NCBI GenBank assembly: GCA_002762785.1
Contig: PCXY01000005.1
Span: 392,849 to 456,848 of the forward strand
Direction: 5' to 3'
DNA length: 64,000 nt
Source: Candidatus Woesearchaeota archaeon CG10_big_fil_rev_8_21_14_0_10_45_16
GTDB lineage: Archaea; Nanobdellota; Nanobdellia; Woesearchaeales; GW2011-AR9
The notes beneath the pieces were generated by a model. That model had not been told where the DNA came from. It did not search any database and saw nothing but the letters and a program-made list of their open reading frames with translations. Of the stretch, positions 37,187-46,182 are shown one piece after another. Made by a program: the position numbers and the translations under genes. Within the stretch, counting starts at the first letter, position 1, and each line of letters begins with the position of its first letter.

Positions 37187-38973
37187 CAGCCCACGCCCCA
37201 GACCGGATTATCTCTTCGTTTGATCTCAGCCACTTCTTTCAGCACTTCCAATTCCATCTTAGAGAGATGCTTCTTCAGCTCTTTCAGTTTCTTAAAATGT
37301 TCTTCTGGGATGTCAGCATAGAGAAAATCTCCTTCATTGACCTGTCTTCCTACGGTCACTCCTTCCATGGCCATGGCCAATTGTTTGCCTTGCTCACCGA
37401 CGGAGACAGATTCCTGTCCGTCTTTCATGCTTTTGACGCTGCTGATCTTTTTCCCAGAAATGTTCATGATCGGGTCGCCTGACTTGATCTTGCCGATCTC
37501 GATCTCTACGCCGACGATAGCCGGATTGCTCTGCCTGAAGGTGTAGCCTTTCAGCACGGCGAACTTGCAGGGCCTTACCAGAGAAGTGAATTCTTTCAGT
37601 TCGATCTGCTGCTTGAGACTCTCCACATATTTTTCATAATCTTCGATGGTCTTATAGATGACATCGTGGGTGATCAGCTTAAGGTTTTTCGCTTTGATGA
37701 TCTCATCCAGGTCCGCTGGAACTTTGATGTTGAATCCCAGAAGAACTCCGGTAAACTCATCCGCTTCTTTTAATGATTCTAGATGAGAAAGGTCTTTCTT
37801 GCTCACATCGCCCAAAAATGAGGACGATATGGGGATATTTTTCTCTTTCAATAATGTCTGCAAGGCTTCCAGTCCGCCGATGGTGTCGGCTTTGATCATC
37901 ACACCTTGTTCTTCTGACTCGTCGCTGATAACTTCGCCGATCTCCTGCTGGACTTCTTCTTTCAGCGCTTCGATCTCTTCAGGCTTCCCTGAACAGGCGC
38001 GAATCGGCATCCCGGCCACGGCTTTATCTAATCCAGGAGCGGCAATCTTGACTCCGGTAGCTGCGATAACTTCCTTGACGTTCTTGAACTTGCTTTTCTT
38101 TTCCCGCATCTCTGTCAGTTCCGCTGGTTCCAGCAAAGCTCTTACTTTGACAGTAAACGGCTCGTCAAGACTGCCGATGACTAGCGTGTCGCCGACCTTC
38201 AGCCTGCCGTTATAGATGATGGTATCTAAAGTCATCCCCAGCCCTTGTTCTTCTTTGACTTCCAGGATCGTCCCTTTAGCATCCCCTTCTGCTTCTATCT
38301 CTAATTTTTTCTCGAGATATTTTTGAGCTAGCCCTGTCAGCACCATCAGCAGTTCAGGGATACCCTGGCCGCTGTGGGCAGAAATGGGGACGATGGCGAT
38401 CTGTTTGGTGTAGTCCTGCACCCGATCGAACCGTTCGGCCTGGATGCCGTGTTCACCGAACTTGCCGACGATATCATACATCTTTTTCTCAAAATCGCCC
38501 TGGCTTTGGTAATCAAGTTCGTTGATGTTTTGGATAAGGTTCTTCTTTTGGTCGTATTTCCAGCCCCGCTGCAAGTCGATCTTATTGGCAGCGACGACAA
38601 ACGGTACTTTATGCGACCGCAGTATCTCCATCGATTCGATGGTCTGCGGCTTGAAGCCTTCATTGATGTCGATGACGAGGATGGCGATGTCAGCCAGCGA
38701 ACCGCCCCGTTTCCGGAGAGAAGTGAACGCAGCGTGTCCAGGGGTGTCGATAGCTAACAGTCCAGGAACGGTCAATTTTCCTTTCATGGAGTCAAGCAGA
38801 GAGCCGCAGATCTTCTTGATGGTCTCGATAGGGATGATGGAAACACCGATAGCTTGGGTGATGCCGCCGGCTTCTCCGGCCGTGACGACTGTCCTTCTGA
38901 TCTTATCTAATAAAGAAGTCTTGCCGTGATCGACATGTCCTAGAGTTGCGAGAAGAACCTTTCTGGTTGTCAT
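37186..38973 (-). CDS. infB: Translation initiation factor aIF5B (IF-2)
   Basis: GHVDHGKT, EAGGITQ, DTPGH, NKID and FRQSNPAIVG motifs. Confidence 0.97.
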   Translation of the reverse strand: MTTRKVLLATLGHVDHGKTSLLDKIRRTVVTAGEAGGITQAIGVSIIPIETIKKICGSLLDSMKGKLTVPGLLAIDTPGHAAFTSLRKRGGSLADIAILVIDINEGFKPQTIESMEILRSHKVPFVVAANKIDLQRGWKYDQKKNLIQNINELDYQSQGDFEKKMYDIVGKFGEHGIQAERFDRVQDYTKQIAIVPISAHSGQGIPELLMVLTGLAQKYLEKKLEIEAEGDAKGTILEVKEEQGLGMTLDTIIYNGRLKVGDTLVIGSLDEPFTVKVRALLEPAELTEMREKKSKFKNVKEVIAATGVKIAAPGLDKAVAGMPIRACSGKPEEIEALKEEVQQEIGEVISDESEEQGVMIKADTIGGLEALQTLLKEKNIPISSSFLGDVSKKDLSHLESLKEADEFTGVLLGFNIKVPADLDEIIKAKNLKLITHDVIYKTIEDYEKYVESLKQQIELKEFTSLVRPCKFAVLKGYTFRQSNPAIVGVEIEIGKIKSGDPIMNISGKKISSVKSMKDGQESVSVGEQGKQLAMAMEGVTVGRQVNEGDFLYADIPEEHFKKLKELKKHLSKMELEVLKEVAEIKRRDNPVWGVG

Positions 38974-39124
38974 AAACTTACGAGGAGCAGGCTTATTTTT
39001 AAAGTTTCTCTTTCGAGAGGCTCTGTAGAAAATCTCTTCGCGGTGTCACAGCCAACGACTTCTTGACCGGTGAATACGCTAGCGGAATAGTCAGATTTAA
39101 AAACTTGTTTTCTTTCTCTTTCTT

Positions 39125-40168
39125 ATGGCCTTCACCCAGAACCAAAAAAAGTGGATATTTGTAGTTCTTTTTGTTATCCTGCTGGCTCTGGCTACCTTTG
39201 TCATCCGCAGCTATCTGGGGGCTATCGTCATCGGCGCGCTTATCACTTATTTCATCTACCCAGTCTATCTTAAGCTCAAAAGATGGGTTCGTTATCCGTT
39301 GCTGGCCCAGATCATACTTGCTATCGGCAGTATCATCTTGCTGGCTCTCTTATTGACAGTTATCATTGTTCCGTTAGCTTCTCAGACTCAAACCCTCTAC
39401 AAAGCGTCGGAGCCGTTCCTGCTGAAATTGTCGGATGAGAGCAGCGCCTGCGTCCAGCCGGGATCACTGCAGTGCCGGGCTTTTCAGCAGTTGCAGCAGC
39501 TTGTCTCCGGAACTGATTTCAGGCAGAAAAGTAAAGAGATATTACAGAAAGCATCTTCCTTTTTCTTTGAAAGCGTCAGCGGTCTGATCTCCAGCGCCGT
39601 CTCTCTTCTGATCTTCTTTGCCATCCTGGTCTACTCTATCTTCTATTTCCTGGGAAATGGCGAGGAGATAAAGAAAAATATCTTTGAGCTCATACCATTG
39701 CAGGAAAGACATAAGAATCAGATCTTCCAGCGATTGAAAGATACTATCAACGCGGTGATCGGCGGCAACATCAGCACTGCTTTGCTGCAAGGTCTTACCG
39801 GCGGATTGATCTTCTTCATCTTAGGCATCCCTTCACCATTCTTCTGGGGGCTGATGATGGCTATCTTGGCGTTCATCCCTGCCGTCGGTCCGGCGGTCAT
39901 CTGGCTGCCAGCCGTGGTGATCCTGTTCGTGCAAGGAAACATCCTCCAGAGCGTTATCCTTATCGTGTATTGTGTCTTGGTGCTTGGTTCTATCGATGCC
40001 TTCCTGAAGCCGAAACTGATCGGCGACAAGATCAAGATGTCTTCATTCTGGATTCTTCTGGGTGTTATCGGCGGCCTGCAGGTGTTCGGCTTGTTAGGAT
40101 TCTTCCTGGGCCCGCTGATACTGGCGCTGCTGTCATCGTTCATCCAGATGTATAGGGAGTTGTCGTAA
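39125..40168 (+). CDS. AI-2E family transporter
   Basis: IPAVG, D.FLKP.LIG and GG..VFG..G..LGP motifs. Confidence 0.93.
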   Translation: MAFTQNQKKWIFVVLFVILLALATFVIRSYLGAIVIGALITYFIYPVYLKLKRWVRYPLLAQIILAIGSIILLALLLTVIIVPLASQTQTLYKASEPFLLKLSDESSACVQPGSLQCRAFQQLQQLVSGTDFRQKSKEILQKASSFFFESVSGLISSAVSLLIFFAILVYSIFYFLGNGEEIKKNIFELIPLQERHKNQIFQRLKDTINAVIGGNISTALLQGLTGGLIFFILGIPSPFFWGLMMAILAFIPAVGPAVIWLPAVVILFVQGNILQSVILIVYCVLVLGSIDAFLKPKLIGDKIKMSSFWILLGVIGGLQVFGLLGFFLGPLILALLSSFIQMYRELS

Positions 40169-40212
40169 CTTTTCAAACACTTTTTTAAACACCTTCTCTT
40201 TTTCCATGATTA

Positions 40213-41283
40213 ATGATCACTGAACATTCAGCAGCCATCACAGGAGAGCCGTATCAAGGCGATGTCAATGCCAAGATGGATGTATTTTACAATCCTTTGA
40301 TGGTCTCTAACAGAAACGTCTCTGTGGTCTTACTAAACTCTATCCCTAACAAGAACATGAAGCTGGCCTTGCCTCTAGCTGGTTCCGGGATCAGAGCTTT
40401 CCGGTTCCTGAAAGAATTGAAGAAAGGCAAGATCAAAGAGCTATACGTCAACGATAAGAAGCATAATTTCAATGAGATATTTTCAAAAAATCTGGAATTG
40501 AATAAGATAGACAAGACCAAAGCAAACATCAGTAATGAAGACGCTACCTTGTTCATGCTTCATCAAGAAGGTTTTGATTATATCGACATCGATCCGTTCG
40601 GTTCGCCGAACCCGTTCCTGGCGGCAGCTATCGCCAGGATTTCCAGAAAAGGGATATTGGCCATAACGGCTACGGACACGGCAGCCTTGACGGGAACGTA
40701 TCCTAAAGTTACTAAAAGGAAATACTGGGGGACATCGGTGAAAAATCATCTGATGCATGAGACTGGTTTGCGGATACTGATACGGAAAATCCAGTTGCAA
40801 GGGATCCAGTTCGAGAAAGCTTTGACGCCAGTATTGGCATATCACAAAGATCATTATTTCCGCGTCTATTTCCGCTCTGAGAAGGGCAAGGAGAGATGCG
40901 ACCAGATCATTAAACAGCACAAGTATCTTCTTTTTGACGGGAAAACTCTTGATTTCAAGATCTCTGACTATAACAAAGAAGATGGATATCTTTACATCGG
41001 GCCGTTATGGGCTGGTCTTTTAGCTGATATCTCATTGTTGAAAAAAATGTGCAAGAACAACCCTTTTCCGGAGGAACAGAAATTTTTAGAAATATTAAGG
41101 GATGAACTGCCGGTCGTCGGTTTCCATGACATCCACGCTTTGGCCAAGGCTTACAGGCTGGAGATACCAAAGCTGGAAGGGCTGTTAAAAAGTTTGAAAG
41201 GGACCCGGACGCATTTCCTGCCGACGGGGATAAAGACCACAAAAAAAGCGGCTGAGATAATAAAAATAATAAAAAAATCTTAA
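40213..41283 (+). CDS. trm1: tRNA (guanine-26-N2)-dimethyltransferase
   Basis: VFYNP, GSGIR, IDIDPFGSP, TATD, GPLW and RTHF motifs. Confidence 0.93.
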   Translation: MITEHSAAITGEPYQGDVNAKMDVFYNPLMVSNRNVSVVLLNSIPNKNMKLALPLAGSGIRAFRFLKELKKGKIKELYVNDKKHNFNEIFSKNLELNKIDKTKANISNEDATLFMLHQEGFDYIDIDPFGSPNPFLAAAIARISRKGILAITATDTAALTGTYPKVTKRKYWGTSVKNHLMHETGLRILIRKIQLQGIQFEKALTPVLAYHKDHYFRVYFRSEKGKERCDQIIKQHKYLLFDGKTLDFKISDYNKEDGYLYIGPLWAGLLADISLLKKMCKNNPFPEEQKFLEILRDELPVVGFHDIHALAKAYRLEIPKLEGLLKSLKGTRTHFLPTGIKTTKKAAEIIKIIKKS

Positions 41284-41486
41284 AGGAAATGTTTCCTGAT
41301 TATCGGGCAGGCGAAGAAGCTTAGGTTGGTCAGTACCAGCAGTATGAGTGATGTTACATACAGGTTGCCGGTAACTCCCAACAGCAGCTGTCCATACCAG
41401 AACAGACCGTATAAAGCTAGTTCTGAGACGACGCCCCAGACCCAATCAGCAGCGGTCCAGTCGCAGGTTGCGCAGGTTTCTTTCAT
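41280..41486 (-). CDS. Small membrane protein
   Basis: GAGGTG SD, ATGA overlap and two TM helices. Confidence 0.65.
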   Translation of the reverse strand: MKETCATCDWTAADWVWGVVSELALYGLFWYGQLLLGVTGNLYVTSLILLVLTNLSFFACPIIRKHFL

Positions 41487-42061
41487 TGTGTCACCTCTTT
41501 TCTTTGATATCTTCCAACTAATTGGGCTTGGGCGATGATATGCCCTTCCATAGCTTTCTCGACCTCGGCTTTCGTAGCCCCTTCATCCAGGCTGAGTTCA
41601 GCATCTAAAGCGTACAGCTTGAAAAAATAACGATGTTCTTTCGGTTCGTACTGTGTCGGCGGGCAGGGACCGGTATAAGCGCTGTTTCCGGCCGAATTCT
41701 TTCCAGCGGTTCCCGCAGCCGGTGTGATCTCTTTCGTCCCCGGCGGGATGTTGAACATCAGCCAATGGTCAAACACCTGGATGCCTCTGCTTTGTTTTAC
41801 CTCATCTGGAATATCGGGGTCGTCCATGATCAGGACCAAACTTTTCGCTTCAGTCGGAACATCTTCAACCTGTAAAGCAGGATTAGCATTATCGCCGTCA
41901 CAGGTGTACTGGCTGGGTATCTTGTCATTCTCTGCAAAAGCAGGACTTGTCAACTTCATCATCATAACCTCCTCATCTGCTTTGATCTCCTGCGTCCCGG
42001 AAGAACAACCCAAAATGAGCAAGAGACCGAATATAACAAACACTATCCTCTTTTTGAACAT
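41483..42061 (-). CDS. YbhB/YbcL (PEBP) family protein with a lipoprotein-like signal
   Basis: DDPD, DHW, YTGPCPP and HRYFF motifs; ILGC. Confidence 0.93.
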   Translation of the reverse strand: MFKKRIVFVIFGLLLILGCSSGTQEIKADEEVMMMKLTSPAFAENDKIPSQYTCDGDNANPALQVEDVPTEAKSLVLIMDDPDIPDEVKQSRGIQVFDHWLMFNIPPGTKEITPAAGTAGKNSAGNSAYTGPCPPTQYEPKEHRYFFKLYALDAELSLDEGATKAEVEKAMEGHIIAQAQLVGRYQRKEVTQ

Positions 42062-42093
42062 ATCTTAAGAAAAAGAAAGAGAGTTAATAAAAT

Positions 42094-42372
42094 TTATCCT
42101 AAAGCCAAGTCCATCTTCGCCACTTCTGAACTCTGGACATCCTCTATTTCAGCCATCTTGCCGGCAATCCCTTCAAAATCAGTGCTGTCGACATCATACA
42201 TGACCATCACCAGGACGGCTTTCAAGCCGAAGGCGATAGGATCTTCTTTCACCAGCATCTCACCGATGGCGCCTGCTTCCTTGGCGATATCTTTTGCTTT
42301 GGCCTTGATCTGCTCCAGATCGACTTCCGGAGAAACGGGCATCAATTTAAACGTGACTACTGCTCTTGCCAT
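42094..42372 (-). CDS. ef1b: Elongation factor 1-beta
   Basis: MPVSPEVDL and PIAFGLKA motifs. Confidence 0.93.
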   Translation of the reverse strand: MARAVVTFKLMPVSPEVDLEQIKAKAKDIAKEAGAIGEMLVKEDPIAFGLKAVLVMVMYDVDSTDFEGIAGKMAEIEDVQSSEVAKMDLALG

Positions 42373-42390
42373 TATATATTACCTCTTATG

Positions 42391-42561
42391 CTAATTTGGT
42401 CCAGAAAACCCGCAGCCCGGACAGGAGTACTTGATAGCGTTCTTTCTTGCATAAGAGCTGCGAACAACCTCATGCTGACCGCACTGTGGACAGTTGAAAC
42501 TGACCGCGCCAGAGTCGTTATCGACCCGTCTTTTCGTCGCACTGCATAATTTTGCTTCCAT
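42391..42561 (-). CDS. DUF1610-type zinc-ribbon protein
   Basis: FNCPQCG...YSCPGCGFSGPN, in its usual position upstream of EF-1beta. Confidence 0.88.
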   Translation of the reverse strand: MEAKLCSATKRRVDNDSGAVSFNCPQCGQHEVVRSSYARKNAIKYSCPGCGFSGPN

Positions 42562-42659
42562 GCCCTGCCCGAACAATGTCCTTTTTATAAATCTTTGCCT
42601 TCAGCAGGAGCTACCTGAAACCAAGAACTTATAAAAAATCAGTCTATTTCAGGAGCATT

Positions 42660-43502
42660 ATGGGTACTGTTCACATAAAAGATAGAGCTGAACTACAGCG
42701 GAAGATCGATCGTATCAAGAAAGATGGTATTTCTTCACTGCATGTCATCTCGGATTTTGACAAGACTCTTACCACTGCTTTTGTCGATGGGGAGAAAGTG
42801 CAGTCTACCTATGCTCTCATCCGCAACGGCAAGTATCTCTCGCCAGAGTACGTGCAAAGGTCGCATGCTCTTTTTGATAAGTACCATCCGTATGAGGCGG
42901 CTGACGATCTCATGGAAGAAGAGCGTAATGCCATGATGGTCCGTTGGTGGAAAGAGCATTATCAGATGATGGTGGACTGCGGACTCAGTCAAGCGGTCAT
43001 CAAGGACATCATCAGGAGCGGCAAGTTGCGTCTGCGGGCTGGAGCTTCTGCTCTGTTCCATTCTTTAGCTGATAAAAACATCCCTCTCCTTATCTTTTCA
43101 GCTGGCCAGGGTGATATCATCACTGAGTTTTTGAAACAGAATGGTTATGATACGCCCAATGTTCATGTAATCTCTAATTTCTTCACTTTCTCTGCTGACG
43201 GCTTGGCCGACGGATATAAAGAACCGTTTATCCACACTTTCAACAAGAACGAGGTGGTCGTTCGGGAAACCCCTTATTATCAGCAGGTCAAGGACAGACG
43301 TCATGTTATCTTGTTAGGCGACAGTCTCGGCGACCTGGGGATGTCAGAAGGCCTGGAGCATGACGTCATCATCAAGATCGGCTTCCTCAATGAGAACAAA
43401 GAAAAATTTCTGAAGAAGTATCTGAATATGTTCGATGTTGTTATCACCGATGACAGCGGGATGGAGTATGTCGATGATATACTCACACAAGTCTTACGGT
43501 AA
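42660..43502 (+). CDS. Pyrimidine 5'-nucleotidase (UMPH-1/NT5C3-like HAD)
   Basis: SDFDKTLT, M..WW, FSAG, VISNF, IHTFNKN, LGDSLGD.M and KIGFLN motifs. Confidence 0.9.
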   Translation: MGTVHIKDRAELQRKIDRIKKDGISSLHVISDFDKTLTTAFVDGEKVQSTYALIRNGKYLSPEYVQRSHALFDKYHPYEAADDLMEEERNAMMVRWWKEHYQMMVDCGLSQAVIKDIIRSGKLRLRAGASALFHSLADKNIPLLIFSAGQGDIITEFLKQNGYDTPNVHVISNFFTFSADGLADGYKEPFIHTFNKNEVVVRETPYYQQVKDRRHVILLGDSLGDLGMSEGLEHDVIIKIGFLNENKEKFLKKYLNMFDVVITDDSGMEYVDDILTQVLR

Positions 43503-44559
43503 CAACACCTTTCTCCACTTCAAACTTTACTGGCAGGAATCTTTCTACAACGTGGATGTTGGTGAGAGCATGATCGCTGACTTTACCCGTTTTCATGACC
43601 GATCCCGGCAGTAAAGCCAGATACGGTATCAGCTGGTCAGCCAGGAAATGGTCGACGACCGCACCGGAAGAGATCTCTTCTTTCAATTTATCAGCTGCTT
43701 CCTTGGCTATGTCTTCCGACCGTTTCCCTTTTTCGATAAGCACGTCGCTGCCTAGTATCAGCGGGTTCTCGTAATCAGCTTGTCCATCCCGGCTGAAGAT
43801 AGCCCACAGCAGGACTTCTCCTCCGGTACTGAGACTGTCGGCATATTCCACGTCGATGGTGATGGGCACATCATGATCTTTAAGGTATGGCTTTATGCTG
43901 TCGTTGATCCTGCGGCCAACTTCTTTCTCTTCCAGCTCTTTGGAGAGGTTGATGAACCCTTTGATATGTTCTAAAGTTCCTTGTTGTTTCAGATCATAAA
44001 GACGTAAATCATGTCTTTTTTCGATGAATTCGGCAAAGCTGTGATATCGGGGAACGATCTCTACTTCTACTAGACCATTGCCTTTTGGATAGTACCCTCT
44101 TTTCAGAACTTTCAGCTCTATCTTTTCCACGAACCTTCGCAGCTGCGGGAACAAGATGTTGGAGATGTAATCTACGGAAGCCTGCCATTTACCGCAAGTT
44201 CCTCCGGAAATCTTTAAAGTTATTTTACCTGGCGCGAATAAGCAAGGTGGAATTATCGCTTGTAGTACTAGGGAGATACTACCAGCAGTACCAATCTCAA
44301 TTTCATAGATTCCTCTCTTAACTTTTCCAGGAACAAAACGAAGTTTCTCAGAACCAATATTGACTTCGTTGGTTTTGCCGTTACAGATTTGTTCCAAAGC
44401 TTTGATAGCTGCTAAGTGCTGTGCTTTCAATCCCGGCTGGGGTCTGCCGGCGCGGATGTTGTCGACTTCAAAAGTAAGGCCGGTCAAGGCAGAGAAAGCT
44501 AAAGCGGTGCGTATCAAAGCGCCGCCGCCTTCTCCATGTGAACCGTCAAGGAAGATCAT
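43483..44559 (-). CDS. rtcA: RNA 3'-terminal phosphate cyclase
   Basis: DGSHGEGGG, PGLKAQH, GTAGS, RGYYPKG and DHFLADQ motifs. Confidence 0.95.
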   Translation of the reverse strand: MIFLDGSHGEGGGALIRTALAFSALTGLTFEVDNIRAGRPQPGLKAQHLAAIKALEQICNGKTNEVNIGSEKLRFVPGKVKRGIYEIEIGTAGSISLVLQAIIPPCLFAPGKITLKISGGTCGKWQASVDYISNILFPQLRRFVEKIELKVLKRGYYPKGNGLVEVEIVPRYHSFAEFIEKRHDLRLYDLKQQGTLEHIKGFINLSKELEEKEVGRRINDSIKPYLKDHDVPITIDVEYADSLSTGGEVLLWAIFSRDGQADYENPLILGSDVLIEKGKRSEDIAKEAADKLKEEISSGAVVDHFLADQLIPYLALLPGSVMKTGKVSDHALTNIHVVERFLPVKFEVEKGVVTVRLV

Positions 44560-44645
44560 GGGTGTTGTTTGAGATCGATTCTTTATAATAATTATCCTTC
44601 CTCATAAAAACATTAATAAAACGAAGCCGTTTTTGAATCAATTGT

Positions 44646-44807
44646 GGGGATGTAGTATAACCTGGCAGAATAGGGGCCTCCAGTAATGGAAGTTTGAGCT
44701 TCGGCGATGATAATAACTTTCCCTGAAGTCAGCCTTAGATCTGGGTTCAAATAGTTGACGACGAGGCAACGACCGAAAGCGTCAGCTTGATTGTCCCAGC
44801 ATCCCCA
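44646..44807 (+). tRNA. tRNA-Trp(CCA) with two introns: 47 nt at 37/38 (44684-44730) and 42 nt at 59/60 (44752-44793)
   Basis: Acceptor GGGGATG/CATCCCC, anticodon stem GGGGC/GCCTT, T stem CTGGG/CCCAG; BHB-like junctions. Confidence 0.9.
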
Positions 44808-44824
44808 CTTTTTTCTTCTTCTAA

Positions 44825-44944
44825 AGAGAACTTTGAAAAATAGGAATTTTGCAGATTGAATCTGATTTTCGTGTCAAAATTACGACTATTTCAAAGTCTC
44901 TTCAGAACTTTGCAGGTAAATTATTGAATTATGCAAAGTTCTCT
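44825..44944. repeat. Double-palindrome element with 11-bp terminal inverted repeats (MITE/REP-like)
   Basis: AGAGAACTTTG...CAAAGTTCTCT, with two internal hairpin units. Confidence 0.65.
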
Positions 44945-44979
44945 AAAGATATATAAACAGAGAAATAATCTTCGAGAGC

Positions 44980-46140
44980 ATGTCTGAAAAAAGAGGATTG
45001 GCGACGGCTTTAGCCACTACCACGCTGATAGGCACGATCATCGGCGCCGGAATCTTAGGCATCCCTTACACCTTGGCGAAAGCCGGCGTCTTCTATGGTT
45101 TCTTGATCCTGTTAGGCATCGGTTTGGTCTATCTGCTGATAAATCTCTTTACCGGGGAGTTTGTCCTGCGGACGAAAGAGCAGCATCAGCTTCCCGGCTA
45201 TACGGAAAAATATCTTGGAAAAGAAGCGAAAGCAGTCATGTTCTTTGCGATGATCTTCAGCCTCTACGGCGCCCTTATAGCTTATCTTATCGGTGAAGGC
45301 GCGACGTTATATTCTTTGTTCGGTGTAGGGTCGCCGTTATTGTTCACAGTACTCTTTTTTTTGGTCGCCTCGTTCATCGTCTGGCGTGGTGTCAAGACGG
45401 CAGGGAAAGCAGAACTGCTGCTGATACTGTTCCTGGTCTTGGTGGTCTGTATCATCGGCATCTTTTCGTATGACCGGATCCATGTCATTAATTTCATGAA
45501 GTTCAATCCGGCTTATCTGTTCCTGCCATACGGCGTGGCAATCTTCGCTTATTTTGGGATGATGGCCATCCCGGAGATGCAGGAAATATTGCACAAGAAG
45601 AAAAAGCAGATGAAGAGAGCTATCATCCTTGGATCTCTTGTCCCGATCGTCATCTATATCCTTTTCGCTTTCATCGTCGTCGGCGTGGTCGGCGTCGATA
45701 ATTTCAACCTTCTTTCGGCCAACGAACGGATAGCCACTATCGCCCTTGGTTTGTATGCGCATCCAGTCTTAGGCGTGTTAGCCAACATCCTGGCGTTCCT
45801 GTCGATGTCGACATCTTTCTTGACCATATCTTTGGCTTTAGTGGGGATGTATCATTATGATTATGGTCTTTCCCGTCGGGTTTCTTTGTTCCTGACGTTA
45901 AGCATCCCTTTGGTGATAGCAGTTTTGAACCTGGCGACGTTCATCGAGATCCTGGGGATAACTGGTGCCGTCGCCGGCGGCATCGAGACGATCCTGATCA
46001 TCTTCATCTATTGGCGGGCCAAGAAGTTGGGTGATAGAAAGCCAGAATATTCTTTGGGGAATCATTATCTTTTAGGCGCTTTGTTCATCCTGATGTTCAT
46101 CATCGGTGTCATCGGCGAATTATGGCAGACCTTATTTTAA
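44980..46140 (+). CDS. Aromatic amino acid permease (HAAAP/Trp-Tyr permease-like)
   Basis: IGTIIGAGILGIP; about 11 TM helices; TSFL. Confidence 0.9.
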   Translation: MSEKRGLATALATTTLIGTIIGAGILGIPYTLAKAGVFYGFLILLGIGLVYLLINLFTGEFVLRTKEQHQLPGYTEKYLGKEAKAVMFFAMIFSLYGALIAYLIGEGATLYSLFGVGSPLLFTVLFFLVASFIVWRGVKTAGKAELLLILFLVLVVCIIGIFSYDRIHVINFMKFNPAYLFLPYGVAIFAYFGMMAIPEMQEILHKKKKQMKRAIILGSLVPIVIYILFAFIVVGVVGVDNFNLLSANERIATIALGLYAHPVLGVLANILAFLSMSTSFLTISLALVGMYHYDYGLSRRVSLFLTLSIPLVIAVLNLATFIEILGITGAVAGGIETILIIFIYWRAKKLGDRKPEYSLGNHYLLGALFILMFIIGVIGELWQTLF

Positions 46141-46182
46141 AGGCGAAATATTTATATAACTGCACCACTATCAAGTGGTATT

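Noticed and set aside
39012-39100. Possible IS-end remnant (GAGGCTCTGTAGAAAATC...)
   Set aside because: No partner inverted repeat or transposase; the resemblance is too weak.
44752-44793. Hammerhead ribozyme in the tRNA-Trp T-loop intron (TGACGA...GAAA)
   Set aside because: No proper CUGANGA with matching stems I and II; the 8-bp intron helix explains the sequence.
43483-44807. Functional coupling of rtcA with the divergent double-intron tRNA-Trp
   Set aside because: EndA already leaves 2',3'-cyclic phosphates, and adjacency alone is not evidence.
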